In this document: in pieces, positions 46,153 through 53,772 of the stretch
Layout of the letters: each line of letters begins with the position of its first letter
Position numbering within the stretch: position 1 is the stretch's first letter
DNA from: Planctomycetota bacterium
GTDB taxonomy: Bacteria; Planctomycetota; B15-G4; SIAN01
Assembly (NCBI GenBank): GCA_031409275.1
Contig: JANNXA010000040.1
Location: forward strand, 1 to 64,000
Length of the DNA stretch: 64,000 bases
Direction: 5' to 3'
Notes under the pieces: generated by a model
The model's database searches: none
Told to the model about the DNA's origin: nothing
What the model saw: only the letters and a program-made list of their open reading frames with translations
Program-made: the position numbers and the translations under genes

Positions 46153-47969
46153 TCGGCTGGCTGATCGCCCTACTGGCGCTGCTGCCCCATCTGCGCGGGG
46201 TGCGAAACGGCTTCGTCTACGACGACTTCCGCTTCGTCTCCGAGAACGGCGGCGTGCAGACGCTGGCGCATCCGCTCGAGCTCGTCACCTCGATCGAGCG
46301 CATGTCGACGCCGCGCGACAACGACATCTGGCGTCCGCTGCGCACGCTCGGCTTCGCGCTGCAGCACGCGATCGGCTGCGCGCAGGGCGACGGCCCGCAT
46401 GACTGCCGCGACGCGACGGTGTACCACGCAACCAGCCTCCTGCTCTTCCTGCTGCTGGTGCGTGGACTGATCGCGCTGGCGCAGCGCACGACCGGCTGCT
46501 CGCTCGGAGTCGCTTGCGCCGGCGGACTCCTGTTCGGTGTCCATCCGCTCACCGTCGAGTCGGTGGCGTGGCTGTCGTCGCAAGGCGATCTCCTCGCCGC
46601 GCTTGGCGTCGTCGGCACGCTGCTGCTGGCGTCGACGCGGCCGCTCGCAGCGGTGGGAGTCGCGCTGCTGGCGCTGCTCTCCAAGGAGTCGGCGCTGCCG
46701 TTGGTGGGCGCTCTGGCGCTGCTGCACGCGCGGCGCGACGCGCTTCCCGTGCGCCGCGGCGTCGTCGTCGCAGCGGCGCTTGCCACGCTGCTCTACTTGG
46801 TGGCGCGCCAGCATCTGCTGGGACGCGAACTCGACTTCTCGCCCGCCGGCTTCTCGCAAGAGGCGGCACCGCTCGCGGCGCGCGCCGCCACCGCGGCGAG
46901 GAACTTCCTCTTCGCGCTGCGCCTCTTCCTGGTGCCGTGGCCGCTTTCGATCGACTACGACCACTCGAGCTACGAACCGCGCGCGTGGTTTCAGTCGGCG
47001 GGTTTCGTGCTGGGCGCGCTGGCGCTGTTGGCCGGCGCTGCGATCACCGTGGCGATGCGGGCCGCGCGACCACGCGCGCCGCTGCTCGCACCGCTGCTCT
47101 TCGCGATCCTCTTCTTCGTGCCGACTTGCGGGCTGTTCGTGGTGATGAAGAGCCCGATCGCCGATCGCTACCTGCTGCTGCCCACAGCCGGCGCCGCGCT
47201 GCTGGCGGCTGCCGTCGGCGCGCGCGCGTTCCAGCCAGGGCGGCTGCCCGCGCGCGCCGCGCCATGGGTGACGGGGCTCGCGGCACTCGTGCTGGCGACG
47301 CTGACCTGGCAGCGGACGGCGGACTTCCGCGACGACGCCACGCTTTGGCGCGCCGAGCTCGTCCACCATCCGGCCTCCTTGCAGGGGCAGCTCGGCCTGC
47401 TGCATGCCGCTGGCGCCGCAGGCGACACGGCCACGGAGCAGCGACTCGCGCGCGCCCTGCTCGAAAACGTCGCGCCCGAAGATCCGCGCGGCTGGCTCGC
47501 AGCGTTCCGACTCGGACAGCTCGCCGTCGACGCCGGGAACAGCAAAGAGGCGGTCGGCTGGTTCGAGCGCTGTCGCGCCGGCCTCGCGCGGCGCGGCCAT
47601 GCGCGCGGCGTCGCCAGCGAACTCCACCTCGCCTTCGTCGGACTCGCCAACGTGGCGCGCGCCGACCAGCGGCCGGCGGTCGCAGAGCAGCTCGCGGAGG
47701 AAGGCATCCGCTGGTTTGGCCGGCAGCCACGACTGCTCGAGATGGCGGGGATCGCGCGCGACCTGCAGGGCGATCCGGGAGGCGCGGTAGCGCTTCACGA
47801 GGAGGCGCTGGCAGCCGGTGGCGAGACGGCGTCGCTCTGCTACCACCTCGCCCTCGCGCAACACCACCGCGGCGACTCGGAAGCCGCGCGCGCGGCGGCC
47901 AAGCGAGCGCTTCGGCTCGATCCGGCGCACGCCGGTGCGCTGCGCCTGCTCGCCGAACTCGACCGGTGA
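46089..47969 (+). CDS. GT-C-fold polytopic membrane protein with C-terminal TPRs (TMTC/DUF1736-like)
   Basis: FVYDD, WRPL, HPLTVESVAW, SKES, PWPLSIDY, ADRYLLLP, followed by TPR helices. Start is uncertain. Confidence 0.85.
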   Translation: MLVELPPRARPLAPSPRRAALIGWLIALLALLPHLRGVRNGFVYDDFRFVSENGGVQTLAHPLELVTSIERMSTPRDNDIWRPLRTLGFALQHAIGCAQGDGPHDCRDATVYHATSLLLFLLLVRGLIALAQRTTGCSLGVACAGGLLFGVHPLTVESVAWLSSQGDLLAALGVVGTLLLASTRPLAAVGVALLALLSKESALPLVGALALLHARRDALPVRRGVVVAAALATLLYLVARQHLLGRELDFSPAGFSQEAAPLAARAATAARNFLFALRLFLVPWPLSIDYDHSSYEPRAWFQSAGFVLGALALLAGAAITVAMRAARPRAPLLAPLLFAILFFVPTCGLFVVMKSPIADRYLLLPTAGAALLAAAVGARAFQPGRLPARAAPWVTGLAALVLATLTWQRTADFRDDATLWRAELVHHPASLQGQLGLLHAAGAAGDTATEQRLARALLENVAPEDPRGWLAAFRLGQLAVDAGNSKEAVGWFERCRAGLARRGHARGVASELHLAFVGLANVARADQRPAVAEQLAEEGIRWFGRQPRLLEMAGIARDLQGDPGGAVALHEEALAAGGETASLCYHLALAQHHRGDSEAARAAAKRALRLDPAHAGALRLLAELDR

Positions 47970-48018
47970 AATCGAGCCGCTCGGGACCTCCCCCGGGGCG
48001 GCGTGGGCGCGAGAGGTT

Positions 48019-48034
48019 TGGCGCCAAGGTTGCT
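48019..48034 (+). promoter_or_regulatory. sigma54 promoter of the DUF1573/cytochrome pair
   Basis: TGGCGC-CAAGG-TTGCT, a near-consensus -24/-12 motif. Confidence 0.7.
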
Positions 48035-48093
48035 CGTCCACGGCGGCGTGATTGAATGGCCCCGCCCCTTCGAGACTCCCGGAGCTCTCGTCC

Positions 48094-49707
48094 ATGCTCG
48101 CTCTACCGCTTTGGGCCGCCAGCTTCCTGGCACCGCTCGTGGTCTGGTCTGGTGGCGCCGACGCGCAAGAGGTGGCCAAGCAGCGGCGCCCGCAAGTCAA
48201 GCTGTCGTTCGATGCGTTCGACTTCGGGACGGTCCTGGCCGGCACCTCGCCGTCCAAGGAGCTGAAGATCGAGAACGTCGGCGACGCTCCGTTGCTCCTC
48301 ACCCGCATCGGCGTCACCTGCGATTGCGCCAAGCTCCACCTGTCGACACCGACGCGCCTCAATGTGCCGCTCGACAGCGGCGACGAGGGCAGCGTCTCGC
48401 TCTCCATCGAGCCGGGCCAAAGCGCGACGCTGCAACTGACCGTCGACACCACCAAGCTCCCTTCGGGCCCGTTCGAGAAGCGGTTGCTGGTGGTCTGCAG
48501 CGATCCGACGAACGGCGCGCTCTCATTGCCGTTCAAGGTCGTCGTCGAGCGTCCCGCCGTGACGCCGCCCGCCGAATCCGTCGGGGCCACGGCCGGCACG
48601 GAAGACGATGCGGGACAGAAGGGGCGAGAGGTCGCTCCGCCGATCGATCCCGCGCTCGCTCCACGCATCGAGTCCGACTGCTACAAGGCGGAGTTCGGCA
48701 CCGTCTATCGCGGCGAGAAGCTGAAGAAGCTCTTCAAGCTGAAGAACAGCGGCAAGTCCGACCTGACGATCAACGAGATCCGCAACTCCTGCTCGTGCGC
48801 CGCGTCGAAGTTCACCGTCGACGGTCGCACGTTCGGCGAGGATGAACTGCGCGAGGCGAAGCGCCTCGGCGTGCTGTCGCCGGGCGAGGAGGCGGAGCTC
48901 GAGGTCGAACTCAAGACCGCCGCCGCCACGACTCCCGGCAAGGAAGCGGAGCTCAGCAAGGCCATCCGCATCTACAGCAACGACCCCGTGCGCGCCGTGC
49001 TCACGCTGACACTCGATGCGACGATGATCTCGCCCTTCACCGTCGATCCGATGACGATCGACTTCGGCGTGGTCAGGAAAGGGGCCGGGGCCAAGCTCTC
49101 GGCGATCGTGCAGTCGGAGCTGCTCGGCGACTTCAAGATCACCACGGCAACCTCGCCGAATCCGGAACTGATGAGCGTCGCGCTCACGCGGGTCGCCACC
49201 GAGCCAGGAGCGGCGCCGACCTGGCGCATCGACGCCGAGATCTCGCCGGCCGCGCCGATGGGCGCCTTCGCGAGCCACGTCGAGCTGGCCGTCGACCACG
49301 AGCGGGTGAAGGAGATCCTGATCCCCGTCCACTTCTCGGTCGAAGCCAACGTCCGCTTCGTCGACAACAAGCCCGACCGCGGCGACCTGCTCGACTTCGA
49401 CGTGATGACGCCAGGCACGCCGAAGACCATCGAGCTCACGATCGAGAACGGTGATGCGGCGATGCCTTACATGCTGAAGAGTGCGCAGGTCAGCAATTGC
49501 CGTCCGAAGGCGGAGGGCTTCGTCGTCGAGGTCATCGAGGTCGAGAAGGGAATGAAGTACGTCGTGAAGCTGACGGCGCCCGGCACGCTCCCCACGTCGA
49601 GCTACTTCCAGGGCGACCTGGTCCTGACCGCAGAACACCCGGACGTGCCGTTGCGAAAGGTCCGTTTCCGGGGCTGGTACAAGGCGAGCGAGAAGAGCGG
49701 ACAATGA
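48094..49707 (+). CDS. Exported protein with two DUF1573 (Ig-like, CxC) domains
   Basis: FDFGTV...ENVGDAPL...TCDC and EFGTV...KNSGKSDL...SCSC. Signal peptide ends ADAQ. Start could be 48052. Confidence 0.85.
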   Translation: MLALPLWAASFLAPLVVWSGGADAQEVAKQRRPQVKLSFDAFDFGTVLAGTSPSKELKIENVGDAPLLLTRIGVTCDCAKLHLSTPTRLNVPLDSGDEGSVSLSIEPGQSATLQLTVDTTKLPSGPFEKRLLVVCSDPTNGALSLPFKVVVERPAVTPPAESVGATAGTEDDAGQKGREVAPPIDPALAPRIESDCYKAEFGTVYRGEKLKKLFKLKNSGKSDLTINEIRNSCSCAASKFTVDGRTFGEDELREAKRLGVLSPGEEAELEVELKTAAATTPGKEAELSKAIRIYSNDPVRAVLTLTLDATMISPFTVDPMTIDFGVVRKGAGAKLSAIVQSELLGDFKITTATSPNPELMSVALTRVATEPGAAPTWRIDAEISPAAPMGAFASHVELAVDHERVKEILIPVHFSVEANVRFVDNKPDRGDLLDFDVMTPGTPKTIELTIENGDAAMPYMLKSAQVSNCRPKAEGFVVEVIEVEKGMKYVVKLTAPGTLPTSSYFQGDLVLTAEHPDVPLRKVRFRGWYKASEKSGQ

Positions 49708-51308
49708 ACCAGCACCGAACCCTCGGCAGCGGACTCGCCGGGGTCGTGGTGTTGCTCGCGTGCACGGTGCGACCAGCTCCGCGCGAGTCGACGCCGGCCG
49801 TCGTCCCGATGCAGGCAGGCAACGGGGCGATCGAAGGCGGCGGACCTGACGAAGGCGGTGCGAAGCAGCCCCGCCGACGGCCGCTCGAGATCTACCTAAC
49901 CGGCAGCGATGACGGCTACCTCGATGCGTGCGGTTGCGACGACGGGCTGCTGGGCGGTCTGCCGCGCCGCGCCACGCTGCTCAAGGTGCTGCGCGCCGGC
50001 GATGACGAAACGCTCGTCCTTTCCAACGGACGCGTGGTGACCGGTTCCGAGCCGCTCGATCACAACAAGTTCGACGTGATCGTCATGGCGATGGTGCAGA
50101 TGGGTTACACGGCGCTCGCGGTGACCGAGCGCGAGCTGGCGCTCGGGCGCGAGACCCTCACCGGGCTCGGCGTTCAGCTAGGCGACGGTCGAGCGCTGCT
50201 TGGCACCAACCTCGTCGATCGCAAACAGGCGATCGCCGAAGTCGCTGACGCTCCCGCCGGTACGGCGCCGCTCGCCGCGCTCTTGCCGCTGCCGACCGTC
50301 TCCGCCGTCACGCGCACGGTGCATGGCGAGCCGGTCGTGGTGCTGTCGGCAGTGTCGCTGGCGCGCGCCGATCGCTACCAAGCCGTCGACCCGTTCGTGC
50401 ACGTCGTCGATCCGGTGCGAGCGCTGCAGGAGCAGCTCGCAGCGAACTCGGCGGCACGCTCGATCGTGCTGGCGCAGATGAGCGAGGAGGAAGCGAAGTC
50501 GCTGGCGCTCGCGCTGCCCGACCTCGACCTCATCGTGGTGCAGGGACCCGACCACGAGGACTTCCCGCACGAGGAGGCGATCGAGGTCGGCACGACGTCG
50601 ATCGTCACCACCGGCCGCAAAGGGAAGTTCCTCCTCTCGTTTCGCTTCGGCGGCGCCGGCGAGCTTTCGGAACTGCGCCGCCACCCGATCGAGGACACGC
50701 TCGAGAAGGACGAGTCGATCCAGGGACTGCTGAACAGCACCTATCGCGAGCGGCTCGTCCTGGAGAAGCCGATCGAGCGTTACTACTCGCAGCGCCCCAC
50801 GGCCAGCGGCGCGCGCTACGTCGGCGCCGAGGAGGGCAGCTGCGCGAGCTGCCACCCGAAGGCCTGGGAGACCTGGGCCGCGAGCAAGCACGCCCACGCG
50901 TGGCAGACGCTGATCGATCAGGACCTGCCGCCCGACCCGAAGTACAAGAAGAGCCGTCAGAAGCACGCGGTGTGGGATCCCGACTGCGTGCGCTGCCACG
51001 TCACCGGCTTCGGCGAGATCAGCGGCTATGCCGGAGTCGAGCGCGAGCAGCCCGAGGCGCGCCTGATCGACGTCGGCTGCGAGGCGTGCCACGGACCGGC
51101 CGGTGACCACGCGGAGCGCGCGTCGCAGGGCGACCCGCGCTGGCCAAATCCGCCGATCGGCAAGGTTGCGGACGGCAGCGTCGAGCCGCTCTGCATGCGA
51201 TGCCACGACCCCGACAACTCGCCCCACTTCGTGCTGAAGGAATACTGGGCCGGCAAGATCAAGGACGAGCAGCGTCCGTCGATCGGTCACGGCCGCGAAG
51301 GCGACTGA
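49704..51308 (+). CDS. Lipoprotein: 5'-nucleotidase-like domain fused to tetraheme c554-like cytochrome
   Basis: Lipobox LLAC; GYLDACGC...GGLPRR; heme motifs CASCH, CVRCH, CEACHGP, CMRCH. Confidence 0.88.
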   Translation: MNQHRTLGSGLAGVVVLLACTVRPAPRESTPAVVPMQAGNGAIEGGGPDEGGAKQPRRRPLEIYLTGSDDGYLDACGCDDGLLGGLPRRATLLKVLRAGDDETLVLSNGRVVTGSEPLDHNKFDVIVMAMVQMGYTALAVTERELALGRETLTGLGVQLGDGRALLGTNLVDRKQAIAEVADAPAGTAPLAALLPLPTVSAVTRTVHGEPVVVLSAVSLARADRYQAVDPFVHVVDPVRALQEQLAANSAARSIVLAQMSEEEAKSLALALPDLDLIVVQGPDHEDFPHEEAIEVGTTSIVTTGRKGKFLLSFRFGGAGELSELRRHPIEDTLEKDESIQGLLNSTYRERLVLEKPIERYYSQRPTASGARYVGAEEGSCASCHPKAWETWAASKHAHAWQTLIDQDLPPDPKYKKSRQKHAVWDPDCVRCHVTGFGEISGYAGVEREQPEARLIDVGCEACHGPAGDHAERASQGDPRWPNPPIGKVADGSVEPLCMRCHDPDNSPHFVLKEYWAGKIKDEQRPSIGHGREGD

Positions 51309-51355
51309 ACCGGACGTTGCGAGGCCGCTACGGCGCCAAGCGAAATCGACGACGC

Positions 51356-52429
51356 TCAGCGTCCAGGAACACCGGGCGTCGTGAGCCACGCCTGCGCCGC
51401 ATCGAACTGGTTCGCCGCCTTCTCGAAGTCGACCTCCATCACCTTGAGGTCGCTGATGCGGCGCACCCATGGCGGCGCCACGACGTCCGCGCGCAGCGGG
51501 ATCTGAGCGGAGGCCGAAGCGGCGAGTTTCGCCTCCGTCTCGCGCGAGAGGACGTAGTCGATGAACTTCTTGGCGTACTCGGGATGCGGCGCGCCCTTCA
51601 CCAGCGAGATGGTGTTCGGGATGACGAGGCAGCCGAGTTCGTCCTCGCCCTGATCGGGGTAGACGCAGCGCACCGGATAGCCATCGACTTCAGCCACGCG
51701 GTAGTCGTCGGAGTCGGTGAAGCCGTACTCGAACTCGCCGGCTCGCACCGAGCGCATCACGTGCGCGTTGCCGGTCAGCAGCCCCGTCTGGTTCTGGTGC
51801 AAGCCGCTCCACCACTCCTTCGCCCGCGCTTCGCCGAGCCGATCGAAAAGGACCGCGAGGTGGGTCGCCGTAGTGCCCGCCACGGGCTTCGCGATGGCCC
51901 ACTTCCCTTTGCGCACGGGATCGAGGTAGTCGAGGTAGGACTTCGGCGTCTGCTCGGGCGGGCAGCTCGAATGCACGATGAAGACGCGCGCGCGCGCGGC
52001 GAAGCCGGTCCAGAACCCCGCCGGATCCTTGAACGCAGCGGGAATGTCCGCAGCCGACGGGCTGACGTAGGGCTCGAGGCAGCCGAAGTTCTTCAGGCGG
52101 ATCGTGTTGACGATCTCGTTGTTCCAGAAGACATCCGCCTTCGGGTGCTCCTTCTCGAGCTTGATCTGGTTGGCGAGGCCGACGGTCTTGGTGATCTCGT
52201 TGTCAGCCTGGAGGCGGACGAAGAGCCCGGTCGCCGCGGTGAACTCCTTCAGGATCGCGTCGGCGTACTCGAGGTCGAGCGCGCAGTAGACAACGACCTC
52301 CTCACGCTCCTCCGCGCAGCTCGAAGCGAGCGCGAGGGGCAGCAGTGCCGCCGCGAGCCCGAGCACGAGCCGCGTCGAGCGCGACGAGACGTGGTGGCGT
52401 GGTGACGTCCGCTGCGTGGTCGGATGCAT
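51356..52429 (-). CDS. ABC transporter substrate-binding lipoprotein (Fe3+/AfuA-like family)
   Basis: Lipobox ASSC; VVVYCALD, ADVFWNNE, ARARV, PDQG, IPNT. Confidence 0.85.
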   Translation of the reverse strand: MHPTTQRTSPRHHVSSRSTRLVLGLAAALLPLALASSCAEEREEVVVYCALDLEYADAILKEFTAATGLFVRLQADNEITKTVGLANQIKLEKEHPKADVFWNNEIVNTIRLKNFGCLEPYVSPSAADIPAAFKDPAGFWTGFAARARVFIVHSSCPPEQTPKSYLDYLDPVRKGKWAIAKPVAGTTATHLAVLFDRLGEARAKEWWSGLHQNQTGLLTGNAHVMRSVRAGEFEYGFTDSDDYRVAEVDGYPVRCVYPDQGEDELGCLVIPNTISLVKGAPHPEYAKKFIDYVLSRETEAKLAASASAQIPLRADVVAPPWVRRISDLKVMEVDFEKAANQFDAAQAWLTTPGVPGR

Positions 52430-52537
52430 GCCGAGGCTCCCAACAGGCGACGCGAAAGCGAGTCGCTCTCAGCGCAAATGCTCCGCAATCGCGGCGCCAA
52501 GGAAGCGAGGGGCCGGAAGCTCTCGCCGAGGTGGCCC

Positions 52538-53734
52538 TCAGCGAGCACCGCCACCGGCGGGCGCAGGTGCGCCGTCGGCAGGCGGGGTGGCGTCGGCCGC
52601 GCCGTCGGCGGGCGGCGCTGCCGGATCCGGGGCTCCATCCGTCGGCGTCGTGCCATCGGCCGGGGGCGTCGTGCCATCGGCAGGAGCCGCCGGCGGTGCG
52701 GGCGGCGCCTCGAGCAGATCGTCAACGTTCTTCACGAGGTAGTCGCCCTTCCAACCTTCGATCCAGAAGAGGGTCCGGGCGTCGGCGGTCTTGCAGGCGT
52801 ACTTGCCTTCCTTGTCCTTGTTGCCGATCAGCAGCACGGTCTTCGCCTCGGACGCGCCTTCGCGCGTGACGCGAATCGAAAACTGTGGCGGATCGAGGCC
52901 GAGTTCGGCCGCGCTCTCCTTGCCGGAATGGAACGCGCTGCACTCGAGCTTCGCGGCGTAGCCAGCGATGCTGTCGCACATCCACTTCTTGGCACGACCA
53001 GCCTTCGGCGCGACGACGTTCCAGACCGTCTCCTTCACCTCGACTTCAGGCGTCGCCGGCGGCGTCGCCCCCTCGGCCACCGCCTTCTCGCCCATCACTT
53101 TTTCGCGAGCCAGCACCAGGGTGCCCGTGCCGCTGGTGATCTCGATCTGGGTGATCTGATCAGCCGCACCGTGGTCGAACATCGTCTTGTCGCGCCACGT
53201 GTCGCCGCTGCTCGGACCGAAGTCCGAGGTCGACGCCGCGACCTTGCGAATCGCCTTCTCGGTCGGGAGCTTGAGGAAGGCGTTCTTCCAGTCGTTGTCG
53301 ATCTTGCTGAGCACGAACTGCGCGACGGGAGCGCCCGACTTGCCGGCAGCGCCCCACACCGTGACGTTCACCGCCTTGGCGCCATCGAGCCCATATTTGA
53401 CGACATCGCCCTGCGTCGACTGCACGACCCCCTTGGTCATCTTCTCGACCGCGCCGAGCAGCTTGTCGACCAGCGTCTTGTCGGCTCGGCCGTCGCCCTC
53501 GGTGACAACCTTCCAGTGGTCGCCGTCCTTCGCCAACTCGACGCGCTTTCCTTCGGGTCCGTCCACCACGATCGCGGCGACGTCGTCCTTTTTGAAGTCG
53601 GCGAAGAGCGTGGCGCCGGAGGCGGCCGTCTCTGTGTCGTCGTAGCGGCCGCCGCTCAACATCTTGAACGCCGACAGAGCGGCGAGCACCGCCACCACGG
53701 CGATCAGTTTTGCATTGGTTCCGAGCTTGCCCAT
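52538..53734 (-). CDS. DUF4340 protein
   Basis: N-terminal TM; two repeats (YGLD / LGLDPP...LLIG); Pro/Ala/Asp tail. Last gene of the Gld-like ABC operon. Confidence 0.8.
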   Translation of the reverse strand: MGKLGTNAKLIAVVAVLAALSAFKMLSGGRYDDTETAASGATLFADFKKDDVAAIVVDGPEGKRVELAKDGDHWKVVTEGDGRADKTLVDKLLGAVEKMTKGVVQSTQGDVVKYGLDGAKAVNVTVWGAAGKSGAPVAQFVLSKIDNDWKNAFLKLPTEKAIRKVAASTSDFGPSSGDTWRDKTMFDHGAADQITQIEITSGTGTLVLAREKVMGEKAVAEGATPPATPEVEVKETVWNVVAPKAGRAKKWMCDSIAGYAAKLECSAFHSGKESAAELGLDPPQFSIRVTREGASEAKTVLLIGNKDKEGKYACKTADARTLFWIEGWKGDYLVKNVDDLLEAPPAPPAAPADGTTPPADGTTPTDGAPDPAAPPADGAADATPPADGAPAPAGGGAR

Positions 53735-53772
53735 CGCGTCGTTCGCTCCTTGCGCAGCGCGTCAGCGCCGAC

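Noticed and set aside
49920..49945. Selenocysteine recoding in the cytochrome CGC motif or in the FdhF/YdeP active site
   Set aside because: All the relevant codons are TGC (Cys); there is no in-frame TGA.
52540..52700. Short tandem DNA repeats (PADGTT units); similar 18-bp repeats at 63580-63625
   Set aside because: In-frame low-complexity protein tails of DUF4340 and RpsA; no repeat-spacer pattern, so not CRISPR.
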